Below, piece by piece: positions 41,151 to 53,800 of a stretch of DNA of 64,000 nucleotides (position 1 is its first letter; the number at the start of each line of letters is the position of its first letter). The stretch is from Azolla caroliniana. Taxonomy: Eukaryota > Plantae > Polypodiophyta. The DNA lies in contig JBHGNT010000002.1 of NCBI GenBank assembly GCA_043228905.1, positions 19,468,001-19,532,000 of the forward strand. Direction: 5' to 3'. The translations under genes were made by a program, and so were the position numbers. A model generated the notes under the pieces. It did no database searches and was not told where the DNA came from. It saw only the letters and a list, made by a program, of their open reading frames with translations.

Positions 41151-43312
41151 TGATTATCAAAATCATCACAGTCTTTTGGTATTAAATGATCACGAAGCTC
41201 TTGCTTGTTTCTCTCATGATTTGGGCGAACTGTCATAAATTGTACAGTTCGTCGTCCATCTTGGCTACGGATTTTCGCATAGGCAGAACCATTGTCAAGG
41301 ACTTTGGTCTCCATCCGTACCGCTGTAATGTATGGTTGCCCTAGGATTATTGGATAGGTAGATCCTTCCTGCACAAAGAAATGTTGATCTACCTCTATAT
41401 CACCAATAGTAACCTTTACATTTGGGCATGCACCAAATAAATCTTCCGTGACTGATGTGGCAGCTTTTACTCGCCAACCATGTTGAGTATCAATTGGCCA
41501 TCTACCTTTCCTGTAAAAATCAGCACTCATTATATTTATTTCAGAACCATGATCAATAAGTGCCATCACGGGGTCTGGAACATTTCCAATCTTCACATGA
41601 TGCTCAGTAGTGGCTCTTGCCCAACATTTGAGAGAGTAATGGCTTCTTACATCTGTTGAATTTATCATTGAGGTTGATGCATGTTGAGAGTCAACAACAA
41701 TATTGTTTGACTCGTTGCTCACCACTTCATATGCCACCTTCGGATTTGTCTCTTTAACCTGCTCATTTACTTGCTTCTTTCTTCGCACAATATCAATTAT
41801 TTCATCATGAAATTCCTTTTTTGCAATACCTAATACTTCTCTTAGTGTAAATTCTACTCGACTGTCTAGTATTCTTGTTTCTAAAACTTTCTTTAAATCT
41901 GTATCCTTTTCAATATCAGACATTAATTTGAATGAAGGACCAGATTTACCTTTTTCAACTTTTGCGTCCATCTCTTTTCTTTTGCTTTCTCTTGTTTCAT
42001 GCTTTTTGGTTGAGCCAATCTCATCATCCGATCTTTTCCTTTTTTCTTCCACTATCACCTCATGCTCTTGGTGTTCTGCCATTTGAGCATAGACTGTCAT
42101 AACATCTACTGGAACATCCCATCCAGTGTTTTTCCTCACAGAATCTCCGGCAACACGAAGGTCTTCCATCTTCATCTTTTGTTTTTGTGCGGTACTTACA
42201 ACCTTCTCCCAGAATGGTGATCGGGATGGCATGTCATCGAGGCGCACCCCTGCCGTTGCCGAGTAGTACATTGCGGAAGCCTTCTTTGCTTCAGCTTCTT
42301 CAAATTTAACCTTAACACCACCATCACCAAAGTTCTTTGTAAGCGGAGATCTAGTTTCAGTTAAGTAAATGTTACCATTTTTCCAATAGACCAAGTCTCG
42401 ATTCTCCATGTCTTTATATTCTTCACAATCACGTAGACGATGGTCGAGACTATCACACCACATGCATCGAGGTCGAAATGGTTCCCTTGACCTCGAAGTC
42501 TGACCATTCTCAAGCTTTGCCACTTTAATTGTTAGATCTTTCATACTTTGAACTAAATCATCAAGCAAAAACTCACTCTTAGTTCCCGTCATTTCTCGTG
42601 GTTGATGGACCATTTCGTGTGATGGTTCTCGACCAAGTCTTTGAACTTCGATGTTTTGCTCAAGCCGATTTGTGTTTCCCACATGTGGTATTTGTAGCAT
42701 TACACCATTCCTTTGCATTCTTTTCATAAATTTATTACAATCATTTGTTACCTCATTCCAATCTGTCGTTATACCATCCTCGGTATTTGGCACTTCAAGC
42801 ATAAATTCCAATTCTTTTCTATATCTCTTGTCAACTGCCTGCAAAAATAAAGCAACCTTTTGCCAAGACAAAGAATTTCTTTCTTCTGGCTTTAGGTGTC
42901 CATACATCCTATCAAACTCTCTTTTTGTGTCAGACACAGATAACCCTTTATCTTCTTTTAAGATCCATTCATGAAATGAACGCATAGTAACTCGAGAGAA
43001 ATCCTCACGAGCATATTCAGACACAAGTGCTTCTTCGAATGCATTCCAATCCAAACTATGCAATGCTTGTATTTCATGAATTCTATCTCTTAATTCCATG
43101 TCCACTAATTTATAAAAGTTTGCTATCATATTGACATCATTTATACCAAACATTTCCATTTCATCATAATATATATTCACATACTTCGAAATATTTGTGC
43201 CATCAAACATACCAATCTTCTCTCGGACTTCTCGTAAGGCATGAAATAATCGATCTTGATTCAACTTTTCAATAAACAACATTACCGGATCCATTGTACT
43301 CGTACTTGCCAT
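41138..43312 (-). CDS. Gypsy B gag-protease ORF (724 aa)
   Basis: CMWCDSLDHRLRDC knuckle, ALIDHGSEIN protease motif, ILGQPY. Confidence 0.9.
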   Translation of the reverse strand: MASTSTMDPVMLFIEKLNQDRLFHALREVREKIGMFDGTNISKYVNIYYDEMEMFGINDVNMIANFYKLVDMELRDRIHEIQALHSLDWNAFEEALVSEYAREDFSRVTMRSFHEWILKEDKGLSVSDTKREFDRMYGHLKPEERNSLSWQKVALFLQAVDKRYRKELEFMLEVPNTEDGITTDWNEVTNDCNKFMKRMQRNGVMLQIPHVGNTNRLEQNIEVQRLGREPSHEMVHQPREMTGTKSEFLLDDLVQSMKDLTIKVAKLENGQTSRSREPFRPRCMWCDSLDHRLRDCEEYKDMENRDLVYWKNGNIYLTETRSPLTKNFGDGGVKVKFEEAEAKKASAMYYSATAGVRLDDMPSRSPFWEKVVSTAQKQKMKMEDLRVAGDSVRKNTGWDVPVDVMTVYAQMAEHQEHEVIVEEKRKRSDDEIGSTKKHETRESKRKEMDAKVEKGKSGPSFKLMSDIEKDTDLKKVLETRILDSRVEFTLREVLGIAKKEFHDEIIDIVRRKKQVNEQVKETNPKVAYEVVSNESNNIVVDSQHASTSMINSTDVRSHYSLKCWARATTEHHVKIGNVPDPVMALIDHGSEINIMSADFYRKGRWPIDTQHGWRVKAATSVTEDLFGACPNVKVTIGDIEVDQHFFVQEGSTYPIILGQPYITAVRMETKVLDNGSAYAKIRSQDGRRTVQFMTVRPNHERNKQELRDHLIPKDCDDFDNQVFD

Positions 43313-43356
43313 GTTGATGTTGATCTTTACTTTAGATGTCTCTTCTACTTCCCCGT

Positions 43357-43374
43357 TTCACGTCGGGTTCACCA
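43357..43374 (-). promoter_or_regulatory. Primer binding site, tRNA-Trp
   Basis: TGGTGAACCCGACGTGAA, complementary to the recalled plant tRNA-Trp 3' end TTCACGTCGGGTTCACCA. Confidence 0.8.
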
Positions 43375-43379
43375 AATTG

Positions 43380-44474
43380 TGTCGTGGCGTGGCTCGCCTA
43401 GAAGCGTAGCGTTGCGTAGACAAATGAAATCGTGAAAGTGAGGAAGGAATCACTGGGATTATGGACGGAAGAGACGAAAGAGTAGAGATAGATAAATAGT
43501 GATCAACAAGATATGACAAGATAGGATATAGAATGATATTTGAAGCAATAAAAGAGATTTATAATTATTTGATAAAAGAGTTACAAAATGATTGTGCACA
43601 TCGTTGAACCTCCGAACTTTGTCTTGCAAGGTAATCGCTCTTCTCTTTCTTGATCGTAGACCATTACAATCTTCACTTCAATATTTTGATGAAGATAAGG
43701 CTCGAACCGCCTCCCTCTTGTTGAGAGTTGACCACCACGACCGCCAAGCTAGAGCTCTACGTTTATGTTAAACTTCTTCCCTTCTTTCTCTATTTTTATG
43801 ATATCTCTTATGAAATACATAATTTGATTGATATCTCATACATATCTCCCTTTGATATTCTCTTTCACCATTTAAATAGGTGCCCCCATGCATATGATGC
43901 ATTGGAGGGTACAAATCATGCATGTAGTGCATGAAATGCATGTGATGCATGATCGCCATTTGGCGTTCATGTATTACATGTGATGCATGATAAACATCTC
44001 GCTCATTTGAGCTTTTATGTATGAAACAATATATGCAATAACAATAAACATGAAAACATAATCTTAAAGAGAAAGGGCCTATCCTAATGGTAGGTGTGTC
44101 AACTTTGGTGTATGAGGTTGTGGGTTTGAGTCTCAAAATGCTATTGAATACAACATACAACTTTATTTTTATATCATGAAGCAAATCCTTTATGTAATAT
44201 AAAGTATATATAAAGTATGCTTTATTTTATGTATATTACTAGTATAGAGTAAATGGTAAGATTTGAGAGTCATAGGGTGGGGTTATTGGTTCAAGTCCTC
44301 TCTTGTTTGTGTAATATAATATATTTATCTATATATATATATTATTTTTCTTTACATATATATAATATTATCATATGTGTTGTTAACATTATATAAAACA
44401 TTATCAAATGTTATTTTAGTTACGTATTTATCTTATTGTAGACTTTTAATGTGAAGCTTTCGTACTTCACGACA
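43380..44474 (-). repeat. 5' LTR of Gypsy B
   Basis: Five substitutions seen relative to 36552-37646. Confidence 0.95.
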
Positions 44475-45275
44475 ACGGGGCGCTCGACGGCTCGAGAATG
44501 CCCATATCAACTTTCTGCTTCAACAGCTCCATTAACTTCGGGATGTGAGCTCTCGGAACCGGAATTGGCTTGAGATTCCACGGTACATGCGGTACTGTGA
44601 ATATCACCATCGGTTTTACGATCGTCGGGTCTACGCACCCGATTTCCTCCGGTGAGAATGCGAAGGCTTTCCCGTGCCTTCCGAGCATTCTCCGAAACCG
44701 GTCTTCCTCCGTCGGTAGTAGGAACCCGCCCCCACCGATTTTGAGCTCCCGGAGCGTCTCGTTGGTGAAGGTGTGTCCTATGCAGGCCGGATCTCGTAAG
44801 CTGGGGTCCGATGCAACCCCTTTGATTCGCGACTCGCTGCCCTCCGATAAGGGCGCCGCAACTGGCCTCACCTTCCGGTCCACAGTCTTGTACTTGGTGC
44901 TAACTCGGGCCGTCCGTTCCGACTCGAGCCCTCGACCGAAGTCCGCGATGACTTCGTACATTTCTTCGGAACATACCGGTATCGTCCGGTCTTCGTTAAG
45001 GTCTTCTTCGACTACCTTCCCCAGCATTCCCAAGGTGTCGTCGAAGGAGACTGCCTCCACGGCTCCGTTGATTTCTTCGTCAGGGCCGAGAACTCCGCAC
45101 GCTCGAAGTCTCCCCTCCGTCTTTGTTTTCTCCCGGCCGGCGATGCCGACCATCGTACATGCTCCGCTGTCGGAGAAGCAAAATTTCCTACCTATTGTAC
45201 ACGGTTTTATCGTACAGATGTGGGGTTTTCCCGGAGCATCCGGACTGTCGCGGCCCCACGCCTTGGCAGTCCTCT

Positions 45276-47375
45276 CTAAAAATCCTCTCGGTTTTCGGAA
45301 CCGAGGGAGTCGCGGTTACGTTCGTGGTTCGGCCGTACCGTCAGAAACTGGACCGAATGGCGCCCGTCTTGGCTTTTGACCCTCGCGTAGGCCGAACCAT
45401 TGTCCAGCACCTTGGTCTCCATTCGCGCCGCCGTGATGTACGGCTCTCCCAGTATGACCGGATGCGAAGACGTCTCCTGCACGAAGAAGTGCTGGTCAAT
45501 CTCGACGTCGCCGATCTTGACTTGCACATTCGGACAGGCCCCGTGCAGTTCCTCGGTGGCGCGCGTTGTTGCCCTTATTTTCCACCCGTGCTTGGTGTTG
45601 ATCGGCCATCTGCCCTTCTTATAGAAGTCCATGGACATCAAATTGATCTCCGATCCGTGGTCCACCAAAGCTATCACCGGTTCCTGGACATCGCCGATCT
45701 TCACCGGGGTTTCCGTGGTCGCTCGGGCCCAGTGTGGTCTCGAATAGTGGCTTTCCGCCCACTCGTCTCCCAGCGCCATGTCGTCTAGGTGCGTCGTCCG
45801 CACTTCCACCGGTCTTTCCGGTTCTGTCTCCGTTGACAGCCTCTTCCGTTTTACCAAGTCCACGATGGAGTCGTGGAACTCCTTCTTGGCGATTCCCAGC
45901 ACCTCTCGTAACGACAGCTCCACCTTGCTGTCGAGGATCCGTTCCTCCAGGACCTTTCGTAAGTCCGTGGTCCTTTCTATCTCCGTCCCCAGACGGTACC
46001 CGCCCTTCTGGGGTTTATCTTGCGTACCGGCCCCGCCGTCTTCGTCCCGTCATGGCCCGGACCGGGTCTCGTATCGTTGTGAGGGCCCGGTCGTCCCGGG
46101 TTTCCCCACCCGCTTCTCTTCTACCAGAGCCTCGTAGTTCTGGCAAGCGGCTTCCACGAAGCCCGTCTTTTCCTCGACCGGGTCGCTCCACCCGGTCATC
46201 TCCCGTACCCGTTTCTCCGCACGGTCCGATTCCTCCCTTTTAAGCCTTGCACCGGCAAGGCCTTCCAGCATCGTCGGCCAGAATCCGGCTTTGCTTTCCC
46301 TTCGGGCCTCGCCGCCCCCGACTCGAATGTCGGCCGACGCCGAGTAGTGGACGGTTTCCGCGTGTCGGGCCGCCGCCTCTTCCATCAACCTTTTCATACC
46401 ACCTCGCCCGTCGTTTCGGCTCAGGGCCCTTCGGGTGTCGCTGGCATGCACCCGTCCTTCCCACAGGTACACCACCCTGTTCCTCAGCGCCTCCGCGAAG
46501 TCGCCGCAGTCCTTCCGAATGTGGCCGACTTCATCGCACCACATGCACCTGTTTCCTGCCGCCGGCCGTCGGTCACGAGCCAGTTCGCCACCTTCCCTTC
46601 GGGCTTGCACGATTTGGAGGTCCTTTATCGCCCTCGTCAATTCCTCCAGCGCCGCTCCTCCGGTTGAGCCTCTGACTACGCCGGTCGAAGCCGAACCGGT
46701 TTCCAACCACTCTCGGGTCTCTTCCTTTCGCACCTGTGGCGCTGGTTCGAGCTTCCTTGCTGCGACCGAGCCTGACCCGGTTGCCCCATTATCCGCCCAT
46801 TCTCGCCGTTTGTCGAAACGGCCACAGACTTTCTTGACAGCCGCCCAGTCGGTAGTGAGCCCGTCTTCGGTTTCCAACAAGAGGCCCACTTGCACCCGAT
46901 CCCGCTCGTCGACCGACTTGACAAACAGCAAGACCCGGCTCGTGTCCAGGATGGTTCGGTCGAGCGCCGAAAGGCACGCAAAGTTTTCCTCGAACTCCCG
47001 GAGGAGTGCCGACGCGTTTCTTCCCTTCCCCGGGGACTCCACCCATTCCATGAGCCTTCGCTTCGAAAGCCGGAGCGCGTCGTCCAGCCCGTATTTCTCT
47101 AGGAGCCGACCTTCGAACTCCTCCCAGGTACGGCTCTCCGCCCGCACCTCGAGCACCTCCACATGGATGCTCGGCATCGCCACTCGGGGAAATCCGGCAA
47201 GACGCCCTTCTTCCGGAATGTCCCGCATCAACATCTCTGCACCGTAGGACGCCAAATACTTCGTGGCATCCTTCCCATCGAACCGGCCGATCGTGCCGAC
47301 AACCGCCTCAATGGCTCTGTTGAGGGCACCGGTGCCCTCCCGCGCGTTTACAATCCGATCCACGGCCGAAGCCAT
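45276..47375 (-). pseudogene. Gypsy A gag-protease, one in-frame TGA at 46050
   Basis: CMWCDEVGHIRKDC, ALVDHGSEIN, ILGEPY; colinear with B gag-PR. Confidence 0.9.
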
Positions 47376-47397
47376 GGCCTCTGCAAGATCCGACCCC

Positions 47398-48161
47398 CGA
47401 GGCGGGACCGCGGGGGTCTCGAACCAAAGAGCCAGCGAGGGAGGAGAAAGAGAGAGAACCGGCTACGCAGGACCGGGGATACACAGGGACACGGCCCTTC
47501 AGCACGGAGAACGCGAACAGACACCGACACAGACAGATGCGAATGACTAAATATGTATATTAACAAAAAAAAAAATGGCTAACACGACTACAACCCTCGA
47601 TGGGGCACAGGTTGGTTACAACCGAACAGGCCGGCGAACAGATGTCGATGCTTGTTCGCTTCGACGCACAAAGGGGTAGCAGGTCGGAGGTGCTGCCGGA
47701 AGCACTCGGGCGTTCCTCGAAACAGCGCGAGCCTCCTCGGAACCCTGCACAGAAAGCTATGGAGCTCAAGAAGGAAGGAAACAGAGAGAGAAGCGTCCAG
47801 AAACGGTCCGACAGCACTTCGTCCTCTCTGCGCGAGATGCCTGCAACAGCTCTTTCCTGCTCCTTATATAGGCCGACGAGCAGGCCGTCATGTCAGCTTT
47901 ATTCCCTGTCCCTTTCGGACTGGGATCCGCTCCGTTCTTCACGCATCCGCGTAGTTACGCCGCCGACTCGTACAGTTCCTTAGCTCGCGCGCGCGACCGA
48001 AAAGACTGTTCGCGCGGTCTTTGTCTCCACTTGTCTTAGGGCCCGTTCCTGCCGATTATCCTCCTAATTCGCTTCTATGTACAACTTGCGTGCGCGCGTG
48101 AAGAACCGGTTCCCACGCCTTGGTGCGCCGATTCCGCTTATGGACGGTTTTCTTCACGACA
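47398..48161 (-). repeat. 5' LTR of Gypsy A (inner 31 bp missing)
   Basis: Matches 33030-33796 only. Confidence 0.88.
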
Positions 48162-50663
48162 ACGCGCAGACCCACGGAATCGACTACGACGAGACCTTCG
48201 CTCCGGTAACGAAGATGATGACGGTTCATGTGGTGCTGGCGGTTGCTGCAGCAAGGGAGTGGCATCTTCACCAAATGGATGTGAAGAATGCATTTCTTCA
48301 AGGCGATCTAGAAGAAGAGGTCTTTATGACCCAACCTCCCGGTTTTCAGTCGGAGATGAACAAGTCAGTTGTATGCCGGCTGAAGAAGTCACTTTATGGC
48401 CTGAAGCAAGCCCCCCAAGCTTGGAATGCAAAGATTACGCATCGGTTGCGTAAGTTGGGATTTGCAGCCTCCAAGTCCGACTCTTCGTTGTTCATCCGGC
48501 AAGGTCCGGATAGTCCGATTTGCATCTTGCTGTATGTTGATGATCTAGTCATCACCGGACCCGGACTCGATGAAATCAGCCGAGTCAAGTCCCAGCTGTC
48601 AGACGCATTTGAGATGAAGGACCTGGGGGACCTTCACTATTTCCTTGGGATCAAGGTGATCCGAACCCCGACGGCATATTGCTCTCACAAAGACACTATG
48701 TGTTGAATATGTTGTACAAGTTCGGCATGACGGAATGCCGCCCTATTTCTACACCCTTGGACCGGAAACAGAAGCTCTGTCCCAACTACGAACCGGCCTG
48801 CGGTGAGAAACGGTTTCGAAAAATTGTCGGAAGCCTTATATATTTGACCATCACCCGACCTGACATCAGCTATCCGGTCGGTGTGATTAGTCAATTCATG
48901 CAGAAGCCGACCGTCGAGCATCTTCAGTGCGCACACCGAATACTGCGGTATGTGAGTGACACGAAGGACCGGGGGCTGTTATACCGGGGAGGTATGACCG
49001 AAGAGCTAGTCGGCTACACGGATGCCGACTGGGCCGGTGATGCATCAGATCGCCATTCCACTTCCGGCTATATGTTTTCCCTTGGTAGCGCGGTTGTTGT
49101 GTGGAGCAGCAAAAAGCAGCCAACAGTGGCTCTGTCGAGCACTGAGGCTAAATATCGGGGCGCTACCGTTACCACCTGTGAAGCCGTTTGGCTTCGGCGA
49201 CTGTTGCAAGACTTGCGGATCGAGGTGCCGACCCCAATCCTGATCTACTGCGACAACATAAGTAACATGTAGCTCGCCAAGTACCTCGTATTCCATGCTC
49301 GCACAAAGCACATCGAAGTGCACTACCACTTCGTGTGTGACTGTGTCCTGAGCGGTGAAGTTGTTCATACGGATCGGCAAGTTGCCGACATCTTCACCAA
49401 ACCGCTCGGATCGGACAAGTTGCAGCACTTCACCGAAATGCTTGGTGTTCAGCATCTCGACGTGCCACACTTGAGGGGGAGAATATGCAAAGACGCCACC
49501 GGAACGGGCAAAGGCAAAGAGACTACCGATTGCGCCGGTGGGGAAAGAACCGACAAGGGGAGAGACAAGAAGAAGAAAGGAGCCGAGTCGACAAAGGAAG
49601 TTGACACATCCGAACAAGTCGGAACAAGCGGCAACGGAGGCAGAATCAAGAAGGACAAAGTCGACCGGAAGAAGAAGGCCAAGACCCGGACATGGTCTGA
49701 TGTGGTGAAGGGCTTGGAACCAGAAGACGAGTCGAGAGCAACCAATTCGGACAAGACCTGGAACGAATCAGAGACAGCCGATTCGGTTCTACAGAAGGAT
49801 TCGGAAGAACCGGATCAATTCAAGGCCAAGAGGACAAGAAGGAAGCAAAAGTCGACGCCAACACGAAGGGATCGGCGAATCGGCAAAAGCCAAAGTCACA
49901 ACAACGAGTGAGCTGAATTGGGCCTATTGAGCAGACAAGCCGACTAAGGAAGTCGAGGTGTGCAGGAACAGAAGGGTCGCGGCAAACGGGACCAGACCGG
50001 ACGAGGAGCGCGAGAGAGGCGAAGTGACGCTAGAAGGAGCCAGGTGGAAGGATCAACTGCCATAGAGACTGACACTACGATCCGACCTCAAATTGAGCTT
50101 GAGGGGGAGTGTTGAGCGGCAAGCTCAACCGGATCCGGAATCGGCTGAATAAGCCTAAGCCGGATCGGCATCCAGAAGGGTGAGCCAGTGAGCAAGTTGT
50201 TGAAAAAACAGTGCTCTCGGCCACAACCGAGGAATAGGATTAACTCACAGAAAACGGGAAATACAAAGTGCACGAGGATAATAGAGAGAAAGGTACACTG
50301 GATGTTTTACGTGGAAAACCCTAAATGGGAAAAACCACGGGAGTCCTCAAACTCCAACTATCACTATGAACAGAGATGTACACTGGTGAAGCTACAAGGC
50401 AACAACCTTGAGCTCACTGTCTTCGCCACAGGCGGCGGTAATACACAGAGGCAACGACCTCTTCGTCTCTCTCTCTCTCTCTCTCTCTCGGCTGCTCTCT
50501 CTTCGCATAAAAAATGAGCAACAAAAAACATGAAACTGTTTGCCCTAAGTCATATTTATACACATATGACTTTCGGGCTATTTACAATTATAGCCTCAAG
50601 GGCTCGTGGCAAACATATTCACAAATATGTCCCCGCATCCGGATCTCTCTCCGGGTACACTCG

Positions 50664-50830
50664 TCATCCGGCTCCGTAACCTGGGTCTTCAGCATCCGGC
50701 TCCGTAGCCGGGGTCTTCATCATCCGGCTCCGTAGTCGGGGTCTTCAGCATCCGGCTCCGTAGTCAGGGTCTCTTCATCCGGCTTCATGCCGGGTACTCT
50801 TCATCATCCGGTTCCGTAACCGCAACCGGG
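50664..50830. repeat. ~27-bp tandem array inside the D LTR (also near 56561-56727)
   Basis: catccggctccgta..cggggtcttca repeated 4-6 times. Confidence 0.85.
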
Positions 50831-50893
50831 CTTGCCGTCATTCATCTCCGGACATCCCATCCGGAGAGACCGAAATCCCAACAAACTCCCCCT

Positions 50894-53800
50894 TCACTTC
50901 GGCATGGGATGTCTCTCCAATCCGATCCTCTTCCGGCATGCTTCCAGCTTGTCGGGTGTAAGCACCTTGGTCAGCATATCCGACCCGTTCTCGTCCGTGT
51001 GGATCTTCGTCAGCACGAACTCCTTGTCTTCTATCCTTTCCCGGATCCAGTGGTATCTACGCTGGATGTGCTTCGTCCGGGAGTGATAGGTCGCATTCTT
51101 CGCAAGGTGGATGGCACTCTGACTGTCGCAGTAGAGTCGGTACTCCTCCTGCCGGATACCGAGCTCTCTAATGAAGTCCTTCATCCATATTATTTCCTTG
51201 CCGGCTTCAACAGCCGCCATGTACTCCGCCTCTGTGGTTGACAACGCAACCGTCTTCTGCAGCCTCGACTGCCACGAAACAGCTCCCCCTGCATACGTCA
51301 TCACATACCCTGATGTGGACCGGCTGGTATCTGCATCAGCCGACATATCCGAATCGGTAAAGCCGTCGAGTTCGGGCTTACCGGAGCCGAATCGGAGGCA
51401 CACGTTTGCCGTGCCCTTCAGGTATCAGAGTATCCACTTGACCGCGTTCCAGTGCTCTTTGCCGGGATTGCTCATGTATCGGCTCACCAATCCGACTGCG
51501 TATCCTATGTCCGGTCTTGTACACACCATTGCGTACATCAAGCTTCCGACGGCAGAGGCATATGGTACTTTCATCATGTCCTCCTTTTCAGCCTTTGTCT
51601 TGGGGCTTTGCTTGCTGGACAACTTGCAGTTTGCCGGGAGGGTTGACCCGACCGGTCTTGCTTCCGACATGTTGAACCGGTGAAGCACCTTTGTCACGTA
51701 CTTCTCCTGTGACAGCCACAACTGCTTCTTCTTCCGGTTCCGGATGATGTGCATCCCTAGTATTTGCCTCGCCGGACCCAGGTCCTTCATTGAGAAGGTT
51801 CGGTGGAGTGCTTTCTTCAGCATCCGTATCTTGACCTGGTCCCGTCCGACGATCAACATGTCGTCCACGTACAGGAGGAGTATTAGAGAGTCTCCTCCTT
51901 CGAACTTCTTCACAAACACGCAGTGATCGGACTGCGTTTTGTGGTACCCTTCGTCGGTCATGAAGGAGTCGAACTTCCGGTACCATTGCCGGGGAGCCTG
52001 CTTCAGTCCGTAAAGGCTCTTCTTCAACCGGCATACCAGGTGCTCCTTCCCTTTCTTCTCGAATCCTTCCGGTTGCTGCATGTAGATCTCTTCTTCGAGG
52101 TCACCGTGAAGGAATGCCGTCTTCACGTCCATCTGTTCTACCTCGAGGTCCATGCTTGCCGCTATGCTCAGCACCGTCCGGATGGAGGTCATCTTCACCA
52201 CCGGGGCAAATATCTCGTCGAAGTCGACGCCCTTCTTCTGCTGGAACCCCTTCACCACGATCCTGGCTTTGTATCTCGGGGGGTTTCCGGCATCTCCCGG
52301 TTTCAGCTTGAACACCCACTTGTTTCGAAGTGCCCGCTTTCCTTTCGGCAACTCCACAAGTTCGTATGTGTGGTTCTCATGCAGGGAATCCATCTCCTCC
52401 TGCATGGCACTTAACCACCTGCGGCTATGGGTGTCAAGCTTTGCTTCTTCAAAACTCTCCGGCTCCCCCTCGTCGGTTAGCAGTACGTGCTCTGGTTCCG
52501 GAAATCTCCGGGGGGGCCTTCTCTCTCTTAGAGGATATCTCCGTTCCGGAGCTTCAGTAACCGGTTCCTCCGTTTCTTCTTCATCCGAATCCATTTCGGA
52601 TCGGGGCCGGTTCCGGTATCAGTTTCATCTTCCTCGGCCGGTTCTGTTTTCTTCACCGTCTTCGGCCGGGTCCTCGAGTGCTAACCGGTCCCTTGCCGGT
52701 CGGGACTGCTCCTCGTAGAGTTTATCCTCACCGGTCGACTTGGAGCTCTTCATCTTCTTCTCCGACTCCCAGTCTGCGAGTGTCTTGTCCTCCATGAAGA
52801 TGATATCTCGACTCCTGAATATCTTCTTGTCGACCGGGTCCCATGCTCGGTAGCCGAACTCGTCATCGCCGTAACCGAGGAATATGCATGGCCGGGTCTT
52901 TGGATCTAACTTTCCTCTCCGGTCCTTTGCCACATGCACGTATGCGAGACACCCGAACACCTTCAGATGCCGGTAGGATACTTCCCTACCGGTCCACACT
53001 CTCTGCGGCGTGTCTCCGTCCAAAGGTACTGAGGGTGATCTGTTTATCACGTATGTCGCCGTTGACATCGCCTCAGCCCAAAACCCCTTGGGTAATTCCG
53101 CATGCGCCAGCATACTCCGGACCCTCTCCAATATGGTCCGGTTCATCCTCTCGGCCAGCCCGTTTAGTTCCGGCGTCTTCGGCACAGTAAACTCGAGCCG
53201 GATTCCCTTCGAGCGACAGTACTCCGCGAACTGCCCCCGGTATTCCCCTCCGTTATCCGCTCGTATCGCTTTCAGCTTCTTGCCGGATTCTCTTTCCACT
53301 CTCGCGTGGAGTTCTTTGAAGACGGACAATACTTGGTCCTTTGTCTTCAACGGTGCCGTCCACAGCTTCCGGCTGTGATCATCAATGAATGTTACGAAGT
53401 ACTGGGCTCCGCCATGTGACTTCGTTTCTACTTGACACACGTCAGTGTGCACCAACTCCAATGGTGCGCTACGTCTCGTCGGTGGCCTTGAGTGGAAGGA
53501 GGTTCGGTTCTGTTTACCTACCAGGCAATCGATGCACTTCTCCAGGTGCACATGCTTCACTGGAATAAGGTTGTCTTCTGCAAGCCTCTTCATCCCCTTC
53601 TCACTCATGTGACACAGTCTCTTGTGCCACAACTCACTGGTGTCGTGGCGTGGCTCGCCTAGAAGCGTAGCGTTGCGTAGACAAATGAAATCGTGAAAGT
53701 GAGGAAGGAATCACTGGGATTATGGACGGAAGAGACGAAAGAGTAGAGATAGATAAATAGTGATCAACAAGATATGACAAGATAGGATATAGAATGATAT

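Larger units (their letters stand above)
36552..44474 (-). mobile_element. AT-rich Ty3/Gypsy element B, full length, same clade as A
   Basis: 1095-bp LTRs at 36552-37646 and 43380-44474; duplicated target ACGGGG; tRNA-Trp PBS; PPT at 37647-37658. Confidence 0.95.
32999..48161 (-). mobile_element. GC-rich Ty3/Gypsy element A (Ylt1/Phygy-like non-chromovirus), interrupted by element B
   Basis: LTRs at 32999-33796 and 47398-48161, 4-bp TSD ACGC, PPT at 33797-33809. gag-PR 47375-45276; pol 45285-44475 continuing 36551-33868 (EPSSAP|YSNRWF). Confidence 0.92.

Noticed and set aside
44570-47247. Long antisense ORFs (269, 221, 270 aa) in Gypsy A
   Set aside because: Expected shadows of GC-rich coding DNA; B has no comparably long equivalents
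50664-50830. CRISPR-like reading of the 27-bp array
   Set aside because: Head-to-tail repeats without unique spacers, inside a eukaryotic LTR
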